From contig DLGM01000366.1 of NCBI GenBank assembly GCA_002482705.1, forward strand, positions 1-40,229: a stretch of DNA of 40,229 nucleotides, written 5' to 3'. This DNA is from Cyanobacteria bacterium UBA7694 (lineage in GTDB: Bacteria > Cyanobacteriota > Sericytochromatia > UBA7694). Shown one piece after another: positions 8,143-15,510 of this stretch. The number at the start of each line of letters is the position of its first letter. Position 1 is the first letter of the stretch. The notes beneath the pieces are model-generated. The model searched no databases. It saw only the letters and a list, made by a program, of their open reading frames with translations, and was not told the DNA's origin. The translations under genes were made by a program, and so were the position numbers.

Positions 8143-9332
8143 CCGGCCTGAGGCGGTGGCCCAGGCAGCTTGCGGCGGCGGAAAGGCTTTAAGATCAGGG
8201 CAAACGGCAACCACAAAAGTTTGCCCAGCATTTGCACAGGCCACAATAAATTAACGCCTTGCATTTGCACCAATAGGATAAGGCCAACACCCCCAAAGGC
8301 CAAGTTCTGAACCCAAGCGGCTAAAAAGGGTGGGACCTGGCCCGTGATCCCCAAATTGCTAAACATTGAATAGGTCACGTACCAGATAAAAACCAGGGCA
8401 ATGCTAATCGCCACGCCAAAATAGTTGCCCATCTTAGAAAAACGAATGCCAATCGGTGCCGCCAATAGGATCGTAAAGAAGGTCGCCAGGGGCAGGGAAA
8501 ATTTATTGTGGTAATCGACTTCGTCACGGTTGGTATTCTGCCCCTGGGCCCGTTTGTCTTCGATCAGCTTGCGTGCATCACCACTGGCCAACTGGCGTAC
8601 ATCTAACTGATTGGGAAAGACCGAATCGGAGTTGATGTTCATCTCAATTTCCATACGCTTAAAACGGATTTCGTGGTCAATATAACCCTGGGTATCTAAC
8701 TTGCGCACAATGCCATCACGCAACTCCCACTTGGTATCTTTACGGACTGCTTTTTCCGCTTGGATCAGTTGCGGAAAGCCGCCCTTACTTTGATCGATGA
8801 CATACATCTCGCTGAGAATGCCCTGCTCCCGATCCACTTCACCCACATAAAAGTTACGCTTGTCCGAATTGAGAAACTGCTTGGCTTTCACTGCCTGAAG
8901 GGGCTTTTTACGCAGCATGACCTTGATTACCTCAACCGTTTGACGGTTCGCCCAAGGCACGACCGATTCATTGAGCCAATAACCCACACCACTGATTAAT
9001 AAAGAGACAATGATCACGGGGGCAATACAACGTGTCAGGCTGACTCCACAGGCACGAAGGGCAATGATTTCACTGTCCCGGCCCAAACGCCCCAAAGCCA
9101 GCAAGGTCGCAAACATATAGGCCACAGGTAAGGTCACCACCACAATCGCGGGTAAGCTGTAGAGCAACATTTGGGTTACGGTCCAGCCATCGATGTTGTT
9201 TTTGACGATCAACTCCATAAAAATATAGAGCGTATTTGAAATCATAATGATCAGAAATGCCACTACTCCCGCTACAAAGGGCTTGAGCAGTTCCGCAAGA
9301 ATATAACGATCAATGGTTTTGAGAAAAAACAT
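8139..9332 (-). CDS. LptF/LptG-family (YjgP/YjgQ) LPS export permease
   Basis: From the preferred start the protein reads MFFLKTIDRYILAELLKPF, the typical family N-terminus. It has six predicted TM segments flanking a large periplasmic loop. The track ORF extends to 9419, but that extension would overlap the divergent carboxylase gene. Confidence 0.85.
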   Translation of the reverse strand: MFFLKTIDRYILAELLKPFVAGVVAFLIIMISNTLYIFMELIVKNNIDGWTVTQMLLYSLPAIVVVTLPVAYMFATLLALGRLGRDSEIIALRACGVSLTRCIAPVIIVSLLISGVGYWLNESVVPWANRQTVEVIKVMLRKKPLQAVKAKQFLNSDKRNFYVGEVDREQGILSEMYVIDQSKGGFPQLIQAEKAVRKDTKWELRDGIVRKLDTQGYIDHEIRFKRMEIEMNINSDSVFPNQLDVRQLASGDARKLIEDKRAQGQNTNRDEVDYHNKFSLPLATFFTILLAAPIGIRFSKMGNYFGVAISIALVFIWYVTYSMFSNLGITGQVPPFLAAWVQNLAFGGVGLILLVQMQGVNLLWPVQMLGKLLWLPFALILKPFRRRKLPGPPPQAG

Positions 9333-9403
9333 AAGCTTACCTGCTCTATTGTACGCTGAAAAAGGGCCGCTGAGACCGGGCATGGACATGTTATACTGCC
9401 TGC

Positions 9404-11011
9404 ATGTATCAGTTGACATCCACCCTCAATCTCCATTCTCCTGAAGCACAGCACAACGAAGCCCACTACCGTGAGGCTATCGCTGGCTTAAAAGCCAAGT
9501 TACAACAAGCGCGTGAGGGCGGTTCTGCCAAAGACCGCGACCGCCACCAACAACGCGGAAAGCTCTTGGTACGTGACCGTATCCGCCAGCTCTGCGACCC
9601 TGGTACCCCCTTCCTTGAATTAAGCCCTTTGGCTGCGGAAGGCGTGTATGATGCAGCCGTCCCGGCTGCGGGAATCATCACCGGCATTGGTGTGGTCGAA
9701 GGTCATGAAGTCATGATTGTCGCCAATGACGCGACCGTCAAAGGGGGCACCTATTTCCCCCTGACCGTCAAGAAACACATTCGCGCTCAGGAAGTGGCGC
9801 TCGAAAATCGTTTACCCTGTATTTACCTGGTCGACTCAGGGGGTGCGTTTTTACCCAAACAAGACGAAGTGTTTCCAGACCGCGACCACTTCGGACGCAT
9901 CTTTTATATGCAAGCGCAAATGTCAGCGCGAAATATCCCCCAAATTGCCGTAGTCATGGGTTCTTGTACCGCCGGAGGGGCCTATGTTCCGGCCATGTCC
10001 GACGAAACCATTATTGTGCGCGAACAAGGCACGATCTTTTTAGGGGGACCGCCACTGGTTAAAGCCGCTACTGGCGAGGTAGTCACCGCTGAAGAACTCG
10101 GCGGCGCGGACGTTCACTGCCGGATTTCAGGGGTCGCTGACCATATGGCAGCCAACGACCAAGAAGCCCTTGAAATCGCCCGCCACATCGTGAAAAACCT
10201 GAATCGCCGCAAATCCATCCACCTCGAAGTGAAACCACCCCAGGAACCGCTATACCCAGCGGAAGATCTATATCGGATTGTCCCCGCTGACGAACGTCAA
10301 ACCTACGACGTACGCGAAATTCTGGCCCGTTTGCTCGATGGCAGCGAATTTCATGAGTTCAAAGCCCTGTACGGTAGCACTTTGGTCTGTGGATTTGGCC
10401 GGATTATGGGTTACCCAGTCGGTATTATTGCCAATAACGGCATTCTCTTTTCTGAGAGTGCCCTCAAAGGCGCCCACTTCATTGAGTTGTGCAGCCAGCG
10501 CGGAATCCCACTTGTTTTCCTGCAAAATATCGTGGGCTTCATGGTGGGTAAAGACTATGAGCGCGGCGGCATTGCCAAAGATGGAGCCAAGCTGGTGCAA
10601 GCAGTGGCAACCACCTCTGTGCCCAAATTCACGGTTGTTATTGGTGGCTCTTACGGAGCTGGCAACTACGGCATGTGTGGCCGCGCCTACAGCCCACGGT
10701 TTTTATGGATGTGGCCCAAAGCCAAAATTGGCGTCATGGGCGGCGAACAGGCAGCCAACGTGCTGCTCACCGTCAAACGGGACCAGCTACAAGCCAAAGG
10801 ACAAGATTTGGATGAAGAAGCCCAAGCAGAATTCAAAGCCCCCATCTTAGAAAAATACGCCCAAGAGAGTAGCGCTTATTATAGCAGTGCTCGCCTTTGG
10901 GACGACGGTATTATTGACCCAGTAGATACACGCAAAGTGTTAGGCTTGGCCATCTCCGCCAGCCTCAATGCCCCGATTGAGGACACGCGCTTCAGCGTGT
11001 TCCGCATGTAA
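9404..11011 (+). CDS. Acyl-CoA carboxylase carboxyltransferase (beta) subunit, methylcrotonyl-CoA carboxylase (MccB/LiuB)-like
   Basis: 535 aa. The N-terminal region ([28 protein letters not shown]) and two crotonase-like halves ([66 protein letters not shown]) match the family. Confidence 0.9.
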   Translation: MYQLTSTLNLHSPEAQHNEAHYREAIAGLKAKLQQAREGGSAKDRDRHQQRGKLLVRDRIRQLCDPGTPFLELSPLAAEGVYDAAVPAAGIITGIGVVEGHEVMIVANDATVKGGTYFPLTVKKHIRAQEVALENRLPCIYLVDSGGAFLPKQDEVFPDRDHFGRIFYMQAQMSARNIPQIAVVMGSCTAGGAYVPAMSDETIIVREQGTIFLGGPPLVKAATGEVVTAEELGGADVHCRISGVADHMAANDQEALEIARHIVKNLNRRKSIHLEVKPPQEPLYPAEDLYRIVPADERQTYDVREILARLLDGSEFHEFKALYGSTLVCGFGRIMGYPVGIIANNGILFSESALKGAHFIELCSQRGIPLVFLQNIVGFMVGKDYERGGIAKDGAKLVQAVATTSVPKFTVVIGGSYGAGNYGMCGRAYSPRFLWMWPKAKIGVMGGEQAANVLLTVKRDQLQAKGQDLDEEAQAEFKAPILEKYAQESSAYYSSARLWDDGIIDPVDTRKVLGLAISASLNAPIEDTRFSVFRM

Positions 11012-11877
11012 TGCAGAAGTTGTGGTACGGCCTAGGGGCCGCTTTTAGCCTATGCTTTAGTGCTTATGCTGCCGAGATCGAAGTCAAACCAAGCACAACG
11101 CTCATTCAAGGACAGCCATTCCAAGTGCGCATAGCTGTAAACGAGAGTGACCCTACGCCCGCTCAGCTCACCTTTGGCACCCAAAAGATCCCCTTGAGCC
11201 AGGATGAACAAGGGCCGTTTGCGTTTGTCAGCAGCGCTGGCGACCAAAAGCCCGGTGGTTACACATTACGGATTTTGGACGCAGAAGGGCAAGTGCTCAC
11301 ACAGCAGCTCATCGAAATCAAAGCCGGAAGCTTTTATACCCAAAATATTCGTTACCGCGCACCGGTACCCAATCCCGAACAAAAAAAAATCTTAGACCAA
11401 GAAGAAGCCCTGGTTGACAAAGCTCGCTCGGCTTGGAGTCCGATCGCACTCTGGGGAACACAAGCCTTTACAGTCCCTGTGCCCCATCGCATCAGTGCCG
11501 TCTACGGGACGCGTCGTTATCTCAACGGCACTTATAATCGTTATCATTCAGGCGTCGATTTTGCCAGCCCTGGCGGTTACCCGATCAAAGCACCCGCTGC
11601 CGCCACCGTGACTTTAGCGCGCTATTTTTCACCCTTTAACTCCAATGGCAACATTGTCTTTCTGGATCATGGCGCAGGCATTACTTCTGTTTATATTCAC
11701 CTGAGCAAATTGGGTGTCAAAGAGGGTGAGCAGGTCACAGCCGGGCAAACCATAGGTTACATCGGGAGCACTGGCCGTTCTACCGGCCCTCATCTCCATT
11801 GGGGCCTGTATGTCCATGGGCAAAACACCGATGGCCTCGGCTGGATCAAATTGACACAGGCCCTAGCGAAGCCCTGA
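11011..11877 (+). CDS. M23 (LytM-type) metallopeptidase with signal peptide
   Basis: 288 aa. Motifs are YHSGVDFASPGGYPIKAPA and GSTGRSTGPHLHWGLYVHG (HxxxD and HxH). The start overlaps the carboxylase stop by 1 nt (TAATG). Confidence 0.9.
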   Translation: MQKLWYGLGAAFSLCFSAYAAEIEVKPSTTLIQGQPFQVRIAVNESDPTPAQLTFGTQKIPLSQDEQGPFAFVSSAGDQKPGGYTLRILDAEGQVLTQQLIEIKAGSFYTQNIRYRAPVPNPEQKKILDQEEALVDKARSAWSPIALWGTQAFTVPVPHRISAVYGTRRYLNGTYNRYHSGVDFASPGGYPIKAPAAATVTLARYFSPFNSNGNIVFLDHGAGITSVYIHLSKLGVKEGEQVTAGQTIGYIGSTGRSTGPHLHWGLYVHGQNTDGLGWIKLTQALAKP

Positions 11878-12489
11878 TCCCGCCAAAATTCGCGCCAGCT
11901 CCAACGCATCTACCGCCGGATTCCCAAGTGTTCCCTGAGCCTCAGACTGCTGTAACTCAGCCATCACCGTCCCAAGTTGTGACTGAAAGCGCCGCAGGGC
12001 ATTTTGCTGGTCACTTTGCTCCAGGGCACTGGTTTCTTGGATATCTGCTTTTAAATGCTGCACTTGGGGTAAAATCTTTTCATAATAATGGCGCTGATTC
12101 GCCTCCATCATTTTGCGGGCATATTCTAAGGAGCGATCCATGGCATCGAGCAAAGTCTGGATATTTTGCTGCTCTGCATCGCGTACCACAGCTAATATTT
12201 CAGCGACCTGTGGATCATTCCCATCCAATTGTCCCCGGGCCATCAGATCTGTCAGTGCATCACTGCCCGAAGCCGATGAATCCGCAAAAGAAACAGATTT
12301 GGGTTCGCCGCTGTGGGCCAAAGGCAAAGGGCTCACCCCATTGTGATCGGGGCTAAAAGTTGGCGTTTCAGAGGGTGAAATTGCAGGATTGGCACTATTC
12401 CCAGGAGTAAGAGGTACTGTAGGCCCGACCACTGGAGGCATTCCCGATACCCCCTCATGGTGATTCCCTGCCAGATGTAAGTGCGTCAT
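11863..12489 (-). CDS. Hypothetical protein with a Pro/Ser-rich N-half and a Gln-rich helical C-half
   Basis: 208 aa. A strong SD is present (GGAGG, 5 nt, ATG on the minus strand). The antisense + ORF 11799-12356 is W/C/H/P-rich and looks spurious. The 3' end overlaps the M23 gene end by 15 nt (convergent). Confidence 0.65.
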   Translation of the reverse strand: MTHLHLAGNHHEGVSGMPPVVGPTVPLTPGNSANPAISPSETPTFSPDHNGVSPLPLAHSGEPKSVSFADSSASGSDALTDLMARGQLDGNDPQVAEILAVVRDAEQQNIQTLLDAMDRSLEYARKMMEANQRHYYEKILPQVQHLKADIQETSALEQSDQQNALRRFQSQLGTVMAELQQSEAQGTLGNPAVDALELARILAGSGLR

Positions 12490-12828
12490 AGAAGCCTCCT
12501 ATCACTGAAACATGAAGGTATTGTACCCACCCTTGACTTTCTTTAAGCAAATGAGCGATCCCGATCACAATTGGGATCTGAGTGGTGATATAAAAACCAG
12601 AAAAACAAGACCATCATTGATTTACACATCATTTTTCTAATTGTTAAATTTATTTAGAAACCGTTAAGTCTGAGGCTGATTTGCTAAAGATGTTTAAATG
12701 ATCGTTTTTTTCAGCAAGTTTTGGGGGTGGGTGGCTATAGTTATTATGTAAAGATTAAAACGCTTAACTCAAGCTTAACCAGCACGGAAAGCAAACGACA
12801 GATTTAGACCATGTATGCGGAGGACCCC

Positions 12829-13182
12829 ATGAGCATCAACAGACTTAACGGAAACAACAGCAGTTTCGATTTTTCCGTTTCCAAGAACAGCCGCGCGGCT
12901 AAGGCGGGCGCAGCCGCTGGTCAAGGTGGATCCGTTCAGTCTGCAGGCGCAAAACCATCTGCCCAAGGCAACGGTGACATCCTTGCCATTAGCACCATCG
13001 CAGGTGCCGCTGGTGGTGGCGTTGCAGCCGCTCAAGTATCCCTCGGTGGCGGCAGCCTTCCTTCCACCACAGCCATCAGCGCCCTCAAAGGTGCAGCGGT
13101 CGAAATGACCAAAGAAAATCGTGAAAATCAAACCATCATGGCTTTGGCACAACAAATCGTCAACGACATGTTTGCCGCTTAG
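12829..13182 (+). CDS. Hypothetical Gly/Ala/Ser-rich, probably disordered protein with a C-terminal helix. A FlgM-like layout is possible but unproven.
   Basis: 117 aa from MSINRLNGNN. GGAGG at 12819-12823 lies 5 nt before the ATG at 12829. The track start at 12811 has no SD. It is the first gene of a tightly spaced three-gene set. Confidence 0.55.
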   Translation: MSINRLNGNNSSFDFSVSKNSRAAKAGAAAGQGGSVQSAGAKPSAQGNGDILAISTIAGAAGGGVAAAQVSLGGGSLPSTTAISALKGAAVEMTKENRENQTIMALAQQIVNDMFAA

Positions 13183-13193
13183 GAGCCAGAATC

Positions 13194-13565
13194 TTGAGCG
13201 AGCCAGCCATTGTTATTAACCTTGATGACGGCAAAGAAGCTCTCGTTCAACAGGTTAGCGAGATCTTAAAACGTTATTCCGTATACCTTAAAGAGGGGGA
13301 CATCAACCTCTCTTTTATTTTGCGTAAGAATGGTGAAAAAGATCGGGAATTCAGTTATAATTTCACCAAGGATGGGTATGAAACTAAGGAAAAAGACGTT
13401 GTCTTTCCTGTAGTGGTCCGCGAAATTCTACGCAAAGAGTTCCCTGAAAAAATTGCTTCCAACCCCAAACTGGTAAAGCATGTCATGCAGGATCTCAAAA
13501 ACGACCCTTACTGGTCTGACAATGTGGTCAAGTTACTGGACGCCATCCAGACCTACAGCAAGTAA
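13194..13565 (+). CDS. Hypothetical small charged cytoplasmic protein
   Basis: 123 aa with a TTG start 8 nt after AGGAG (13181-13185). It is AT-rich relative to its flanks. I recognise no motif. Confidence 0.6.
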   Translation: MSEPAIVINLDDGKEALVQQVSEILKRYSVYLKEGDINLSFILRKNGEKDREFSYNFTKDGYETKEKDVVFPVVVREILRKEFPEKIASNPKLVKHVMQDLKNDPYWSDNVVKLLDAIQTYSK

Positions 13566-13576
13566 GGAGAAGTAAC

Positions 13577-13891
13577 ATGGCGATTATCCCTATCTCTGAT
13601 TCAGGTCCGATGAAATCAGAAGTAGCCAAGCAAATGGGTACCCAAGCAAATCGGGATGCCACCAACCTTAAGATAACCCCCGCCCTTGAGCAAGTGGTGC
13701 ACCAAACTCCTTACGGCAAAGATGGGATGTTACTCTCCAATAAAGATCAGTACAGCGCACTGTCTACCATTCTGCCCAACTCTGAACTGGAAAAATCTCG
13801 CCAGGAACTCAAAAAAGAGAAGAAAAAAAAGAAAAAAGACAAAGAAGAAAAGAAGAAACAAAACTTCTGGCAGTGGCTGTTTTCTAAGTAG
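13577..13891 (+). CDS. Hypothetical protein with a poly-Lys tract and an aromatic C-terminal tail
   Basis: 104 aa. AAGGAG lies upstream of the ATG. The C-terminus reads ELKKEKKKKKKDKEEKKKQNFWQWLFSK. Confidence 0.6.
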   Translation: MAIIPISDSGPMKSEVAKQMGTQANRDATNLKITPALEQVVHQTPYGKDGMLLSNKDQYSALSTILPNSELEKSRQELKKEKKKKKKDKEEKKKQNFWQWLFSK

Positions 13892-13915
13892 TAATGGCCT
13901 CAGATATCACGTCTT

Positions 13916-13934
13916 AGCCCGGCCAGTCCGGGCT
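13916..13934 (+). terminator. Intrinsic terminator-like hairpin after the three small genes
   Basis: The hairpin is AGCCCGG-ccagt-CCGGGCT, followed by ttctacatttt. Confidence 0.6.
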
Positions 13935-13977
13935 TTCTACATTTTCAGCCTCAATTATCCACTATTTGCTTAAAATA

Positions 13978-14006
13978 TAGAAATAGACTTGAAAAAATGA
14001 TACAAT
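13978..14006 (+). promoter_or_regulatory. Extended -10 promoter candidate for the rod/hook-like gene
   Basis: TGaTACAAT lies at 13998-14006, with a weak -35 (TAGAAA, 13978-13983) at 17-bp spacing. It sits about 35 nt upstream of the ATG at 14042. Confidence 0.45.
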
Positions 14007-14041
14007 CATAGAACGTGAAGCAAGAATGGTGGAGGTACCCC

Positions 14042-15043
14042 ATGGCCGGAAGCGGAATGAATGGAATCAGAGATGCCCTCAAGGCAACCCAACAAATTAT
14101 TGGTATTGAAGCCTCTAATTTGGTACGCAGCCAAATCCCGGGTGCCCAAGAAGTCCGAGCCACTCTCAGCAACAACAATACCGTTCAGCTTGGTAACGGG
14201 AAACAAGCCGGTGCCGCAGGCGGCAGTATCTCAGCCACCACCCTCGCCTTTAACCAAGGTTCGATCCGCCCCACAGGCTTCACCACTGATTTGGCCATTA
14301 ACGGCAGTGGCTTCTTTATTTTACAGGCCTCTAACCAACAGCTCTATTACACCCGCCGGGGCGACTTCCACTTTGATGCCAGTGGGCAATTGGTCAATAA
14401 CGATGGTTTAAAGGTCATGAGCCTGAACCCCAGTACAGGCAAGCTGGAACCCATGACGGTCGAAGTCTCACCCACCACCACCGAAAATGGGGGTCGGATT
14501 CTCGACTTATTACGAGAAAATGATTCCCTCAGTGCCGCTGAGATCGAAACCGCCCTCGGATTACCCCCCGCTACCGTCAACGCAGAAATTGGCATTCTTC
14601 AAGCCTCTGAGTACATTGTCACCTTTAACCAAGCTGGGGTCACCCGTTATGCCAGCAACCTTGGCAAAGTGGGAGATCAGGTCGATTTTGACCGTGATGG
14701 TTTTTTGGTCAATCAGACCCGGGGCTTGCGCAAGGGCAACCAGTTGGCTTTGGCTGTTTTCCCCAACCCCCAAGGGTTGGCCCCCACCCAATTTGGAGGT
14801 GAGGTCTATAAAACGACAGATGCTGCTGCCCCTGGGGGCGTTCCCGATATTGGGGGTCCAGGAGATATCGGTTTAGATCTTGGCAGTATTCAAAGTCAAG
14901 CGTTAGAGAGTTCCACCAGTGATGTTCCCAATAGCCTTACAGCCATGGGAATCTGGCAGCGAAACTTCACGGCAACAACAGCCGCTCTGAAAACCTTTTT
15001 AGCTGCCTGGGATGATTTGGTTAACACTTTCCGCGCCGCATGA
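14042..15043 (+). CDS. Divergent flagellar basal-body rod / hook family (FlgF/FlgG/FlgE-like) protein with an internal winged-helix-like insert
   Basis: 333 aa from MAGSGMNGIRD. GGAGG at 14031-14035 lies 6 nt before the ATG. Family blocks are GIRDALKATQQIIGIEASNLV (N-terminal rod helix), TTDLAINGSGFFIL, YYTRRGDFHFDASGQLVNNDGLKV, QLALAVFPNPQGLAPTQFGGEVYKTT, and C-terminal ALESSTSDVPNSLTAMGIWQRNFTATTAALKTF. The insert (nt 14483-14656) reads ENGGRILDLLRENDSLSAAEIETALGLPPATVNAEIGILQASEYIVTFNQAGVTRY. Confidence 0.75.
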   Translation: MAGSGMNGIRDALKATQQIIGIEASNLVRSQIPGAQEVRATLSNNNTVQLGNGKQAGAAGGSISATTLAFNQGSIRPTGFTTDLAINGSGFFILQASNQQLYYTRRGDFHFDASGQLVNNDGLKVMSLNPSTGKLEPMTVEVSPTTTENGGRILDLLRENDSLSAAEIETALGLPPATVNAEIGILQASEYIVTFNQAGVTRYASNLGKVGDQVDFDRDGFLVNQTRGLRKGNQLALAVFPNPQGLAPTQFGGEVYKTTDAAAPGGVPDIGGPGDIGLDLGSIQSQALESSTSDVPNSLTAMGIWQRNFTATTAALKTFLAAWDDLVNTFRAA

Positions 15044-15510
15044 TTTTGTTATCCCTGCTGATGGGCTGTGGGCTATTATTAATTACCTGCAGCCTGATCG
15101 GAGGGGGGTTCTCACGCGAATACCGCTGGGTTCCGGCAGGAGTAGGCATGCTCTTGTTGATGCAAACCGGAATTTTGAGCATCAGGCAGCCACGCTCCAC
15201 ATCACCCCCACCAACAACAGAACAAGCAGCCATACGCTCCCTACATGACCCCAAGGCTCAAGACTGGCTCAATGCCTCCCCTGCTGTCCGTCAAGCTACC
15301 GCCATTCAATGGCTCAAGGATTTGCGTCTCCGCGGCACATTCGTTTTGACCATCCGCAGCGAAACGGAATATACGCAGTGGGCAGCCGCATTAAACCGTT
15401 GCCTAGAGCATAAGGCCGAGAAACTGAGTGCACAGACCGAACTCCTCAGTTTTGTAGAAACACAATGTTTACCCAAACTAAAACATTATCGTTATGGCAA
15501 AAACCCATAA
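15040..15510 (+). CDS. Hypothetical membrane-anchored protein, translationally coupled to the rod/hook-like gene
   Basis: 156 aa. Its ATG overlaps the upstream stop (ATGA, 15040-15043). It has two N-terminal hydrophobic segments and then a soluble domain. I recognise no motif. Confidence 0.6.
   Translation: MILLSLLMGCGLLLITCSLIGGGFSREYRWVPAGVGMLLLMQTGILSIRQPRSTSPPPTTEQAAIRSLHDPKAQDWLNASPAVRQATAIQWLKDLRLRGTFVLTIRSETEYTQWAAALNRCLEHKAEKLSAQTELLSFVETQCLPKLKHYRYGKNP

Noticed and set aside
10278-10850. A 190-aa plus-strand alternative-frame ORF lies inside the carboxyltransferase gene.
   Set aside because: It is out of frame within a strongly conserved enzyme gene, and its product is Cys/Trp/Ser-rich.
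11799-12356. A 185-aa plus-strand ORF overlaps the 208-aa minus-strand gene.
   Set aside because: The translation is rich in W, C, H and P, and there is no SD. The minus-strand ORF has a perfect GGAGG-5 nt-ATG and a plausible helical domain.
12541-12568. A possible sigma-28-type promoter (TTAA/TAAG...CCGATCAC) lies upstream of the small-gene operon.
   Set aside because: It matches the TAAA-N15-GCCGATAA consensus only partially and with ambiguous spacing. It lies about 260 nt from the first start codon. I cannot support it without transcription start site data.
12775-13155. A 126-aa minus-strand ORF lies antisense to the Gly/Ala-rich small gene.
   Set aside because: It is a Cys/Gly-rich shadow of a GC-rich low-complexity gene. 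It has no SD and would point into the neighbouring divergent gene. Residual doubt is reflected in the 0.55 confidence given to the plus-strand call.
13825-13831. An in-frame A-AAA-AAG heptamer, identical to the dnaX -1 frameshift slippery site, lies within the poly-Lys tract.
   Set aside because: The -1 frame terminates at 13885-13887, only 4 nt before the normal stop, so it gives a same-length product. I see no downstream stimulatory structure at the right spacing. I keep it only as a slippage-prone tract, not as programmed frameshifting.
13686-13973. A 95-aa +1-frame ORF overlaps the poly-Lys gene and extends through the terminator hairpin.
   Set aside because: It has no SD, and its Arg/Lys run is simply the same purine tract read in another frame. 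Its 3' part spans the terminator stem-loop.
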